Assembly: GCA_964016885.1 (NCBI GenBank)
Contig: OZ024740.1
Coordinates: forward strand, 103,726,001-103,790,000
Reading direction: 5' to 3'
DNA: 64,000 nt
DNA from: Eledone cirrhosa
Lineage: Eukaryota
Both the position numbers and the translations under genes were made by a program. Of the stretch, positions 12,204 to 24,615 are shown in pieces. Position 1 is the stretch's first letter. Each line of letters begins with the position of its first letter. A model generated the notes under the pieces. It ran no database searches. It saw only the letters and a program-made list of their open reading frames with translations, and was not told the origin of the DNA.

Positions 12204-14327
12204 ATTACGAAAGGCTACTAAATGAGGAGAATAAATGGGAGAAAGACAGTCTCCCCACATCGACCCAATAGAGGGACCAGCAGTGTTAGTCGATGGTAGT
12301 ATAATAAGTAAGGCAATCAAATACATGAAGACAGGTAAGACGGCTGGGCCTTCGGAAATAGTTGCTGAAATGCTGAAAGCTTCTGGAACGGTGGGACACA
12401 CCATGGTCACCCGGATAGTAAACCAAGTCATACAGAATGGGGTTGTTCCGAAGGACTGGCGTAGCAGCATCATCATTAACTGCTACAAGGGTAAAGGAGA
12501 TGCCCTAGATAGGAGTAACTATAGAGGCATTAAATTAATCAACCAGGTCATGAAGGTCACAGAAAAAGTAATAGTGCAACTAATCAGAGAGAGAATTGAT
12601 CTAGATGAAATGCAGTTCGGGTTTGTGCCAGGTAAAAGTACCACAGACGCTCTTTTCATTGTACGACAACTACAGCAGAAGTACCTAGCTAAAAGTAAAC
12701 CCCTATACTTAGCTTTTGTCGACTTGGAGAAAGCCTTCGACAGAGTCCCCCGTTCCATTATCTGGTGGGCTCTTAGAAAACTAGGTGTTGATGAATGGCT
12801 TGTGAGAGCTATACAAGCCATGTATAAAGAAACAGTCAGCAAGGTTAGAATTAACAACGAATATAGTGAAAAGTTTAGCATAAAAGTTGGTGTTCATCAG
12901 GGCTCCATTCTTAGCCCCCTACTATTTATTATTGCTCTCAGGCTATAACAGTGGAGTTCAAGACCGGCTGCCCATGGGAACTCCTATACGCAGATGATCT
13001 AACGCTCATAGCTGAATCAATGGCCGAATAAGAGAAGAAATTCCAAACATGGAAGCATGGCCTAGAATCAAAAGGCCTTAAAATTAACCTGTCTAAGACT
13101 AAAGTTCTAGTTTGTAGGAAGGAAAATAGGGCGCCGGTCCCATCCGGGAAATGGCCATGCTCAGTGTGTAGGAAAGGAGTAGGTAGAAGCTCCATTTTAT
13201 GTCCCAAATGCAAAGTATGGGTGCATAAAAGATGTAGTGGGATCACAGGTAAGCTAACTAAGAACATAGATTTTATATGTGGCCGGTGCTCTGGTGCAAT
13301 AAGTAGCAGCATGTGCCCACAGAATACTAGCTCATTCCATTGCACAGATGGTTCTATAGAAATAGTGGACAGCTTCCGTTACCTGGGTGACAAAATCAGC
13401 AGTAGGGGAGGGTGTTCTGAAAGTACAGTAGCTAGAGTCAGAACTGGATGGAAAAAGTTCAGAGAGCTTATACCACTATTAGCCACTAAAGGGTTCTCCC
13501 TAAAAATGAAAGGCAGGCTGTATGATGCCTGCATATGAACAGCAATGTTGCATGGCAGTGAGACCTGGGCATTGTGTGCAGAGGATATACGCAGACTGGA
13601 GAGGAACGAAGCTTGCATGCTCCGCTGGATGTGTAATAGTAATATACGTGAACGGCAAAGCATAAACGAACTAAGGGAAAAATTAGAAATAAGAAGGATC
13701 AGATGTTGTTTACTCGAGAGAAGACTACGTTGGTATGGTCACGTGATGCGCATGAAAGACGACAGCTGTATAAAAAAGTGCAGGGCAATAAAAATAGACG
13801 GTAGCCACGGAGTAGGCAGACCCAGAAAAACCTGGGACGACTTGATAAATTCCGACCTCACACACTTACACCTCTCCAAGACAATGTCACTGGACCGAGA
13901 TCTTTGGCGCTACACAGTAATAGAGAAGACTCGCCTTACCTAAGTGCAAAGTGAAACCTACTACAGTCAGTAGGCACCTCTAACAAATTACACCCCCGTC
14001 CCACTACCCCCACCTCATCCACACCACCCCTTTTAATGTAAAGTTATGTTGGTACCACAACATCCAGCCCGAAACAAATGAGGTTGTGTAGGTGTCACGA
14101 CAAAAAAACACACAGTCCACACTGTAATGTGGCCGTGTAGGTAACACGGTAAAAACCTCCCAGTTCCACACTGTAAATGTGGTTGGTGCTAGGAAGGGCA
14201 TCCAGCCATAGAAAACCCGCCAGACAGTCCTATGCGAGCAAGACAACCACTCTTGCCTCAAGTGGGAAAACTCCCGTCCAAACCCATGCAAGCGTGGAAT
14301 ATGGACGTTAAACGATGATGATGATGA

Positions 14328-14330
<3 letters not shown>
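12204..14330 (+). mobile_element. RTE family A, 5'-truncated copy
   Basis: ORFs 12235-13943 nearly identical to copy 1980-5400; same 3' UTR and (GAT)n tail; interrupts an old degenerate repeat (11870-12190 and 14360-14430). Confidence 0.95.
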
Positions 14331-14362
<32 letters not shown>

Positions 14363-14743
14363 TGGTATTTGTTTGCTTATAATTGAAGACTTTGGTATTC
14401 ATAACACTAATGGTGATAAATATGTTGATGTCTTTTATATAATAGAGCAGCACTAGATTAACCATTAAGCAAAATAAGAACATGTTCAGGGCCTCAAGTA
14501 AAGAAGAACCCCATAGCAATTTAATCCAAAGCCAGACTTACAATGAATTATGGTGCAATGTTGCTGCTGAATCAGGACCCATAAAAAGGGTCCCCCCAGA
14601 ATCTAAATGTATTAATCTAACCCTGTAATATCATGAAATGAAACTAAAAAAAAAAAAAAGGTGGCTTTGGCTTGAATAAAGTTTTGCGACTATGAAAAGT
14701 AATGTCAACAAGTTCTGGTAGGGTCAATTTCATTGTTAAATGT

Positions 14744-15008
14744 TTAACCCTTTTCATAATAAACTACCTGAAATCACCACTAGTTCTATGATACAACACT
14801 GCTTGTTTTAAAGTGTATATATTTATTTAAAAACTTTTCATCATCATTTTATGTAAGAACCTTTGTTAAGTTATATTCCAAACACCAGATAAATAAAGAG
14901 AAAGTTAATTATATTACTAAATTCTTCCAAATTCTGAGTTATTTTCAAAATTATTTGAAAATCACAGGTAGTGGATTTCATTAAAAATATGATAACAAAA
15001 GGATTTAG
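14744..15008. mobile_element. Old piggyBac-like MITE (related decayed copies near 8130-8320, 16995-17527, 20364-20632, 23700-23905)
   Basis: ttaaccctttt start; shared internal motifs (cctgaaa..ccact.gttcta, aaattcttc..aatt) among copies. Confidence 0.5.
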
Positions 15009-15354
15009 GTCCTGAACTATTTAAATAAGAAAGAATCATTTAATTTGGGAGTCCCATTTGATCAAATAAATAGTAGATTTTTAAAAAAGTCAGAAAGTCA
15101 ATGCCATTTTGGATCAATAAATGGCATTGACCAGAAGTATCTTGAATTGTGAACACATTTGGGTCATCACAGCAATAATTGTATCTAACATCTGTTGATG
15201 TAGATATATTATAACATACAATTGATTTTGCCAATAATATGCACGTGTGTGTGTATTTGATAGTTTAGTTACTTTTAAGTAAATATTTTATGTAGTTTCA
15301 CTAGAAAGTTGTTTTGAACACTTAAATATTTTTTAACATAAATCTATAAACAAA

Positions 15355-15600
15355 CATATAAGGGAGAGAGGGAGATATGAGAGAGGAGGAGAAAGGGGGA
15401 GGGATGGAAGAGAGAAAAGGAGAGAGAGATGAGAGTAGAGAAAAGGAGAGAGAGATGAGAGTAGAGAAAAGGAGAGAGAGAGATGAGAGTAGAGAAAAGG
15501 AGAGAGAGAGATGAGAGTAGAGAAAAGGAGAGAGAGAAAGATGTAGGGGAAAAAAAAGAAAGAGATGGGGAGAAGAGTGAAAAGGAGAGAAAGAGAGATG
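15355..15600. repeat. Purine-rich tandem repeat (~28-bp gagagagatgagagtagagaaaagga)
   Basis: About four direct units within a GA-rich tract. Confidence 0.85.
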
Positions 15601-15782
15601 ATGTTATATATAGCAGCTACACATGAGGTTGGAGAAGACTGAAGAAACGGAGCAGTGGTACCTTTTGCAACAGTAGCCCCCATTGTGATTGTTAGCCTTG
15701 GCCTATAACAGTGTAGTGTGCTGTGGTGCCGTAGTGTTGGTTGTGGTAGCTTCCAAAGATATGAAACAAAACCAAATACCAC

Positions 15783-15830
15783 CTACAGTAATTGCTTCCG
15801 ACTGTGGCATGATAGCAGGGGTGACAGGTG
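15783..15830 (-). CDS. Candidate CaMKII linker cassette exon: PVTPAIMPQSEAITV (48 nt; 51 nt with the next GT)
   Basis: Acceptor gtcttttag, open phase 1-1, two weak in-frame donors (gtggta, gtattt). Confidence 0.4.
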   Translation of the reverse strand, partial: HLSPLLSCHSRKQLL

Positions 15831-18029
15831 CTAAAAGACTTTAGCAGCCACCCAGGATTTATAAACAGGTGACTGTTTCATTGGTAGAGGGTGGATAATA
15901 TGAGTGAAGGTGCTGCAACAAGTTTGTGTCTTGAGAAAAAGAGAGAGACTGAAAGGGATATATATATATATATACACAGAGTGAGAGAGGAAAAGAGAAA
16001 TGCTGAGAGAGGGAGTGGAGAAGAGTAAAGTAAGTTTAATGTAACAGCAAAGGTAAGTAGATAGCAGGACAACAATAAGTGTGATGAGGTTCTGTTACTG
16101 GAATGTTTGAGGCATGCTTGAGGCTTGTATTTTTGTTTTTGCTTCTATGTTTATTGCTAGTTGCAAATATAGAACTACAGCAGCAACAACAACAGCATCC
16201 ACCCTTCCTTCACCACCAATAACAACTGCTGGAATATAGGAAACAGAAGCTACTCCTTAACATTGTCATCTTTCTGTAAAACACAACACAATTTATCTGG
16301 AGAAAAGATTTTTATAGTGAGAAACTAAGTGAATACTTTCAGTATCAATTTCAACTTTGTTCTACAACAACCTTTTAACAATAAGGTGCTGGCATGAACC
16401 AGCTATATAACAAGCTAATTGTTGTTTATTTAGCAATTATTAATTGTAGTTAATGCTACTATTACCATTACTGCCTAATGTGTTAAAGGGAGTTAACTAA
16501 TGTATACAGTTGTTGATTAGATCCAGTCCAGTCTTGAATGAGATGACCTATGAACTAAAGCATTCAAGCTGTAATCATCCTATCTTTTTACTCCCAGACT
16601 ACATCACATAATGTGTCCTTTCTTTTTTAAAGATGGATGTGATTTGAAGGCGATTTGGCTTCTATTTCTATCAGGATAAGCGAACATACCAAGGCCTCCT
16701 CAGCTTGTGTGTATAGCGATTTGTACGAGAGACAACAGTACAGTTGTCAAATGCAAACAATTACAAAGAATCAAGGTGAAATATCATTAAAAGGTAAGAT
16801 CAAATTGCCAGAAACATATTGGATTTCTACTGCAACAAAGTATTTTGGCGTTGATGAGGAGGACTCTTCAGAAAGATTAGTAGAAGTGAAAAGCCCCGTA
16901 GAAAACCTGACTGTGAAATAGCACAAGTTATTTTTTCTGTTCAAGTTTACAATTATTTTTTAACTTGGAAATTATCTTCACAGTAGCCAGTCAAACTTTT
17001 TGTTACTAGCCCACCCTGAAACCTACCCCAGTGTAATCAAATAAAACCTTGAGTCGTAAAGTTTCCACATTTAAATTGATATCTTTCATTATTTTATGTA
17101 AGTTTGTTATTTATTCCATTTTGTATACATAAATACAATTTGTGTAATATATATAATGAATATGAAATATTGAAAAGAAACAAATCAATAGAAATCAATC
17201 AAAGAAAAAGAAAGTAACATTGAAAAAGATTATGAGAGGAAAAGGAGGGCAAGGGCAAGCAATGAAAGAAAGGGAAAGAGGGGAGGGTGACAGACACTAC
17301 ACTTAAGTCAGAGTGGTGTTTTGGCTGCACCCCGTGGACAATAGCCAGTGACATCTGCTGCAACAGCTACTCCACCCTTTATATAAGAACCTTTTATAAA
17401 GTATTTTTGAAAACATCAGCTTAATAATGAAAAATTATTTTAGTAAATTCCTTCAAATTCTTGATTATTTCCAAAATTAATTGAAATGGATAGGGTATTT
17501 CATGAGAAATATGGTCAAAAAGGGTTAATGCCTTGTCAGATTATCATACTAGATGATATATATATATATATATATAGCTAACCTATCAAATCAGCAATTA
17601 GTCTTTGATGTAATAGAAAGGTCGATCTTAATGAATTGAGACAATGTAAAATATTTTTTTTTCTTGGAAATTCAAAAAAATGCTAACAGTAGATTTGAAC
17701 TTTTATTTTTTTTATTATGATTTATTTGTCCACAAACAAAGAAGGAAACTGTATGGTCACACGAGTTGCTAGAAATGTCAGTCAAATCTAGCACAAATCA
17801 CACCTTACTATCTTAAACAAAAAAAGACATTAGATTAGTAGATTTATATATGCTTTTTCTTTAAATGCTAACAGGCTGACAAATGACTTCTGGTGGGTTC
17901 CTTTCCAATTACAATTGTTATGTGCTTGTCATGGAATTTTCAGGGAGAATACAAAGATGGTTTCTTGTTGCTTTCCTCTAGGTATTTTACACAGCACCAT
18001 TTGATATCTAGACACAGACAATTCATCCA

Positions 18030-18390
18030 CACCTATATTCCTTTACTGTTTTACTGGTTCCTGTCATTAGACTGTGTCAATGCTGAGGTTCCACCTAGAA
18101 ACAGTTTAGTTGGTCATATTAACACTAGTATTCAATGTTTTCAAGTCTGGTACTTATAATATTGATCTCTTTCTGTAGAACTGCTAAGTCATGGGACATA
18201 AACACACACAGGCACACACAAACAATGGTATTCCTCAAAGTTTCTGTCTACTAAATTTCACTCACAAGTTATTTGTCAACCTGAGGCTGTAGTAGAAGAC
18301 ACTTGGTCAAGATGCCATGCAGAGTAGCTGAACCTGGAACTATGCAGTTGTGAAACAAATTCTTTAATGGTACAACCATGCTGGTGTCCA
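18030..18390 (-). mobile_element. Old SINE-like interspersed repeat (related piece at 11380-11500)
   Basis: Shared motifs tttctgtctactaaatttcactcacaag and cttggtcaagat. Confidence 0.5.
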
Positions 18391-18589
18391 TCTAAACACT
18401 TATAACAGTATTTATTCAAGTCACATGAATTGTCTGCAAAGCATGTTGTCCAACACTCAACAATTCTTTCAATCCATCACCTTGGAATGGTACATTAAGT
18501 AAAAGATGAGATGGAATAAAAAAAAAAAAATGTGATGTTTACATATGGAACATTTTTGATTACTAGAGTTAAACAACAATAACATGGGT

Positions 18590-18805
18590 GATAGCTGCTA
18601 GGTGAAGAATTGCCGAGAAATCCAAGTGGAAGGAAGCTGCAGTAAAGGTAGACTAAGGAAGACCTGGGCAGAGGTGATGAGAGCTGATCTCAAATCGCTA
18701 AAACTCACATGAATGATCATGATGTGTGGAGAGATGCAGTACTGAAAAGGACTTGTCCAACCCATGCAAGCGTAGAAAAACAGACGTAAAACTGACGATG
18801 ATGAA
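18590..18805 (+). mobile_element. Old RTE family B-like 3' fragment
   Basis: GRLRKTWAEVMRADL coding remnant and ccaacccatgcaagcg..gacgtaaaac tail. Confidence 0.8.
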
Positions 18806-20159
18806 CATAATAAATCAAACCAATAATAATATTGGCTAAACTCTCAGTCAAACAAAATGACATAGATTATTCACTTTAATGTTTTGTTTGTAATTAGAAA
18901 TATTTATATTTTGTATTTCTAATCATCTATTAGTGGTGCTGCAGTTTGGTTTGGCAGAGAAAGAATTATCTGCCAGCTTTAGTATATAGCTACAGTAGAA
19001 TAATTAAACCTTCACAGCAGTTATTTCAGCTAAGCTGATGTGTTGATGGACAGTAAATATATGGTGTTTAGAGTTATTTAATTCTCAAGTTGGTAGAGCA
19101 GTGATGGTGGGGGGAATGTTTAGGAGAAGGGAATGAAGATAAAATGCACCCAGTGTTCTTTGTAAATTGTGGGAATGTATATAAGATGCAGGCTTTAGCC
19201 TGTCAGAGGCATCGATTAGGTACTGACTTGTTCTGTGACAACACATCCAACCCTGATTAACATGGATGTTAAATGATGATGATATGTATGTATATGTAGA
19301 TGTATAAAATATGAGAAATAGATGTTAAATGGGTGATGATGATAATATAATATTGAAACAAAGTCATCGGAAGAACTGATGTATCTCCAACAGTTTTCTC
19401 ACTCACTCATGCTTTAATTAAGCCAAAAATCATTAAGATACCAACCAAAAAAGAAAAGCAGAGTGCACACTAATATGTTAAATAGTGAGAGAAACGATTC
19501 TGTGTGGGTAGAGAATTTAATTCTATGTCCCCGATATATGTGTGTGTGTATATGTGTATATATACATAAAATATGGAAAATAGACGTTAAATGGGTGATG
19601 ATATATATATATATATATAATCTTCAAAGCAGTAAGCATACATCATTTCTCACACCAACTTTATACTTCATTCTTCAAATATAAAATATTGTATCGAAGT
19701 GCCAAATGAATGTTGTTTATTTTGTTTCACTTCTTACTGAACTTAATTTTAACCTTCTTGTTGCAACATGACTAAACTAGGAAATGCATTGTATGTGTGT
19801 GTGTGCTTGAGGGTGTAAATTTTATAGAGTTACAGACATATATATATACACATACACACGTCATATTATGTTTGATGATGATTATATATAAAAACATAAA
19901 AATTAACAGCGTCTTGTTCATTTGTAAATTCTTATCAACGTGTTTGGAGAAAATCGTCTTCCCTGCAGCAATAACACATTACTACAAGCGACTACAACTG
20001 GTTTCATTGACCATGGCAAGACTTCACAGCAACAATTCTTTTGACTCACTGAGACACAATTTACTCACTTGCTAGGGATTCAACAAACAACCCATTCAAC
20101 TTCATTAACTTATCCCACAAATGAACTAAGCAAGCAACCAAACAAAACAACGACTCACG

Positions 20160-20250
20160 TACATTACCCTATGTACTATACATACACTTTTTGATGAGTT
20201 GTAGTGCACCTGAGCACTGTACACAATATTTCATTATTATTATTATTATT
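20160..20250 (+). mobile_element. CR1-like LINE 3' end with (ATT)n tail
   Basis: Reverse-complement match to 34520-34610 (gagttgtagtgcacctgagcactgtacacaat). Confidence 0.65.
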
Positions 20251-21348
20251 ATACCTTCTAAATGTGTGTGCGCGCGCGTGAAATTGTAAAGTATGAAGAG
20301 AACTAGACAGAGTTAACTCGTAAATGATTTGGTGCTGCACTGTACCTCCAAACTCTAAACTATTTAACTCTTTTTAATAATAAACCACATGAAACTACCA
20401 CTGGTTCTACCATTACAAATCAGTTTATTTTAAAGTGCTTATATTTATCTAAATTATAATCATAATTTTATAAGAACCTATATTAAACTATCTAAATAAT
20501 GATAAAGTTAGTTATATTATTAAATCCATGTGAATTTTTAAATATTTTTAAATCCATGTCGATTATTTTCAGAATTATTCTATATTCATAGCTAGTATCA
20601 TAAATTAGAAATATGGCCACGAAAGAGTTTAACTCACTCAGTCTAATACATTTTATTAAAGCATAATTCCATACAAACTAGGTATACAGGGGAAACAACT
20701 CTTTATTACTAGTTTGATTTCATATGATATAAGCAGCTGTTTTTTTCTTTTCATTACGAACATTTTAGAAATTTGAAAGACTTTCTTTGATGACGAGTAA
20801 TTTTTACGTATTCATAAACATTTTTTCAGCATGCATTTCACTTGCCATAGACATGTAATTTACAAAGTCATTATTGATGATTATTTTATAATTAATTATT
20901 CAATTACCTATAGTTTTAAATTTGTTTAAGAGTTAACTGATTAAACGAGAAATTATTCCATACAAGATAAGAAACAACTTTATAAATGTATGCAAGTTAC
21001 TGCAGGAATATTTATAAAGTTCTATAATGTTATATAAATGGGAGTTTGCAGATAACCTGGTGCGTTCGGGTGCATGTCTAAGTGTCTATATATGTATATA
21101 CATACATATACGTGTGTGCAACTGACTAAAAAAATAAGCCTCTAAATGTTCCTGTGACTTGCAAGAAATAGCAGTCAAATCTACTTTAAATCATCTCCTC
21201 TCATCTTAAAATATGGTGGACATATTAGATAATACATTCCTAGATGTATGTCAATATACATATATGTGTGTGAGCCCTAGGTTCAATCGGGGGGGGGGGG
21301 GGGATAACCACAGTAAGTAAGGCACTCAATACATTGATAGAGTGTAAA

Positions 21349-21560
21349 CATCAAATTTAATATAGGAATAGCTTCTACAGGATTAGAACTGTTTCATTCG
21401 AATGAAGTCATCAGGAAAGCTCTGATGATTTCAGTTCTCGTCCTGTAGAAGCCATTTCTATATTAAATTTGATATATCATATTCAAAAAAGAAATGGCTT
21501 CTACAGGACTAGAACTGTTTCATTCAAAAGAAATCACCAAGGGCTTTCCTGATGATTTAT
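21349..21560. mobile_element. Foldback element (arms about 21349-21415 and 21421-21473, third partial copy 21491-21556), probably Penelope-derived
   Basis: Inverted arms read directly; contains a hammerhead core. Confidence 0.7.
21371..21420 (-). ncRNA. Type I hammerhead ribozyme motif with canonical core
   Basis: Minus strand: gctttc-CTGATGA-cttc attc gaat-GAAA-cag ttctaatc ctg-TA-gaagc. Confidence 0.6.
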
Positions 21561-21732
21561 TTTGTATATATATATAAGAGCTACACACACACTATATATA
21601 TATTATCCAAACCCATGCAAGCGTGGAAGATGGACGTTAAACGATGATGATGATGATATATATATATATATTAGAAAGTGAGTTTTTTTTTACAAAATGA
21701 AAAATAACCAAGGTGTCCTACACGAGTGAAAG

Positions 21733-22021
21733 TATAAAGAAAAAAAGATGAAATCGAAAATGCAACTGGAGTCTTATTTAAAAAAAAAAATATATATATT
21801 TATTTGGTTCTTTTACCGGTTTCGCAGTTCTTCTGCTTTTCAAAAGTAGAGTTGAGATGGAGGGTCTGTGGTTTTTCTCACATCTGTGAGAAAAACCACA
21901 GACCCACCATCTCAACTCTACTTTTGAAAAGCAGAAGAACTGCGAAACCGGTAAAGGACCAAATAAATATATATATTTAAAAAAAAAGACTCCAGTTGCA
22001 TTTTCGATTTCATCTTTTTTT

Positions 22022-22028
<7 letters not shown>
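21733..22028. mobile_element. Near-perfect ~150-bp-arm palindrome; each arm has a Penelope-type hammerhead (21921-21956 plus, 21811-21846 minus)
   Basis: ctt-TTGAAAA-gcag aagaa ctgc-GAAA-CCGG-TA-aag; 2-nt loop at 21883-21884. Confidence 0.75.
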
Positions 22029-22074
<46 letters not shown>

Positions 22075-22199
22075 AAGGTTATATCTGAAATATCTTTGAT
22101 CATAGATTTGCTTGATCAGGTTTGACCTTGTGACCTCGAGCAACAATGACAGATGTATTGATAGTGAAGGGAAGAGCATGATGTTTAAGGTGAAAGACA

Positions 22200-22410
22200 A
22201 TAATTGCTGTATGTTTTACCTCTCCATATGAAAGCACAGCTACATTGTTGCAGAATATTGTGGACCTTATTAGCATTTCTGAAGATAGTGTACATCCATA
22301 ACTTATGTGTTGCTTCAGGAGAGTGTAACAAAACTTCATGTTTGTTATTGCCATTTACTTGATTGTCAATTATTGGTGAAACATTAGACAGGCATCCATG
22401 CATGACTAAC
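22200..22410 (-). mobile_element. Highly decayed RTE RT remnant
   Basis: SPIIDNQ resembles YLGSIIDN; IFCNNVAVLSYGE resembles IFNSNVKAVLLYGSE. Confidence 0.45.
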
Positions 22411-22749
22411 AACTCCTACTAACAACTGGATTATGTCAGTTGCCGTTTCAACCAACTAAACCCATTGAATTTTACTGAATTAAGAGATTAGAACACAGGG
22501 AAATACCCCTCACTTTCAAACTGTTGCCAACAACTTTTAATCTGGGTAGCTATAAATAGCCACAATACAAATCTACTAAATGATGAGAGAAGGAAAATCA
22601 TTAATATTCGTGCCTAAAGTAGAAACAATTAATATTCTAATTACTGTAGTAATATATAAAAAAATGTCTTCCTAACTAAACTGCCCATTGCTGTATGCAG
22701 TTTTAGTCAAATTTCCTAGTTGACTGTCAACATGTTATTATAGTCAAAT

Positions 22750-22937
22750 AATTGTTTCTACTTTTGGCACAAGGCCAGCAATTACCCAGTACATTACTGG
22801 TACTTTATTTTATCGACCCCGTAAGGATGAAAGGCAACGTTAACCTCGGCGGGATTTGAACTCAGACTGTAAAGGGACGTAACTATGCTAGAAAGCATGG
22901 CGTCCAACCCTCTACTGATACTGCCAATTTACCGCCT
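22750..22937 (-). mobile_element. tRNA-derived SINE family A (Nin/Deu-like domain)
   Basis: A box tggcagtatc, B box gagttcaaatcc, gcctttcatccttacggggtcgataaaataaagtacc, tail ggccttgtgccaaaagtagaaacaattatt. Confidence 0.9.
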
Positions 22938-22999
22938 TACAGTCAAATAATAACACTGTTGTTGTTGAACTTTGATTGACCTACCATAGTTCTATGATT

Positions 23000-23700
23000 T
23001 TCAATGAATAGTTTTGCTGATGAGTGCTGCATGGCATGAATGAAAATCAATGCTGAGAAGTCTGACACACTCATCTTTTCAATGAAGCCTGCACAATCCA
23101 CTCTATATGTGAGTGGAGTTCCACTGAAGCTAGTGAAGAAATTGATATGGTTTTCATGAGTGATTGGCAGGCAGGAGGCTGAATTAAATGCAAGAATTGC
23201 TGGAGATGATGCAGTAATGCACCGGTTTTAGCATTCAGTCATCAGAAGAAGATAGGTAGGTATAAAAGCCAAACTTGCTATCTTCATTTAGGTGTTTGTG
23301 CCTATCCTTATCTTTGGTCATGAATCTTGGGTAATGACCAAAAGAATATGATTGTGGATACAAATGGCTGAAATGGGGTTTCTCTGAAGGGTCTTTGGAG
23401 TAATATTACTTAATAGGGTACGCAGCTTGGAGATCAGGGAGTCACAGCTCCAGTACTACAGACATGTGGTTACAATGTCTAAGAAAAGAATCCCTCAACA
23501 TATTTTATGGGTCATGCCAACTGACAGAAGACCCAGAGGTAGACCACAATCAAGATGGCTGGATAACATTTATGAGCTAGGTTGGTCTCATTTGGTAAAC
23601 CAGATGGATTATTTAGAGAATGTTGCTTCTGATAGGACTTGGAAGGCATGCTTGAGGATTCTGCCCATGTAAACCTCACAAGAATAAGTGGGCCAAAAAG
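23000..23700 (+). mobile_element. Decayed Rex3/Expander-like RTE LINE 3' portion
   Basis: VPILIFGHESWVMTKR, IQMAEMGFL, RVRSLEIRE, PTDRRPRGRPQSRW. Confidence 0.8.
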
Positions 23701-24473
23701 AAGAATAAAGAGTTTGGATGAATTTTGTAATATAACTAACTTTCTCATTATTAAGTTGGTGTTTAGAACATAATTTAATCAAGGTTCTTACATAAAATTA
23801 TGATGGAAGGTTTTTAGATAAATATAAACACTTTAAAATGAACAGTTTTATATTATAGAACCAGGGGAAGTTTTGAGCAGGTTGGTATTGTATCAAAACA
23901 TTTAAGCAGACCTATAATCAGAGATATTCCAACCAGTTACCTTTTCAGTGATATTTTTCAAATTTTACATTGACATCAGCTGTGGATACTGTGGTAGCAG
24001 CAGAGTTCAAGTAATTTTAAACAATATTAGATAAAAGGTTTTTGCTATGATAAAAGCCATAGCATTCTCTTAACTATATCTTCCCATATATTTCCCTTCC
24101 TTCCTTTCCTCTCCTTTTTCTGTTTCTTTCTTTCCTATCTCCTTTTCTCTTTTCTTTTCTCCCCTTTTCTTTCTTTTCTCAACTATTATTATATTCATTT
24201 ACACAACTACATTTTAAATATAAAATATAAATATATATATATTTGTGAGGATGTATGTATATGTATATATATATATATATAAATAAGGGTGCACTGTGTG
24301 TGTATATATATATATAAAACAAAGAGAGTGTGGTAAGATACAAGGTGGACCATAATGCACCAGAGTACTTGATACTTGGGGTAGCAGAGTGGGTAATATG
24401 AAAAAATTCAGGACCCTGACGGCTGAGATTTTTTGCTTTTTCAGATTTGACTGCATGTCCATATATGGACAGT

Positions 24474-24555
24474 ACTCCTTGATAAGTTCAGCTAGATTTC
24501 CACCATTCTAATACTGGTGGCTTAGTTCGAATCTAACTGTTGAAACGGCCGGAGT
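24474..24555 (+). ncRNA. Hammerhead-like motif (U3-A8 core TTGATAA) with extended stem II, cleavage triplet altered
   Basis: Stem I actcc/ggagt; stem II cagctagatt/aatctaactg enclosing ccacca/tggtgg; GAAA-cggcc; inside inverted repeats 24405-24427 and 24555-24577. Confidence 0.5.
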
Positions 24556-24582
24556 TCAGCCATCAGGGTCCTGAATCTTTTC

Positions 24583-24615
<33 letters not shown>

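Noticed and set aside
16655-16921. 88-aa plus-strand ORF
   Set aside because: Starts inside an interspersed repeat, non-ATG start, no recognisable domain
22100-22412. ORFs as host exons
   Set aside because: Better explained as a decayed RTE RT remnant
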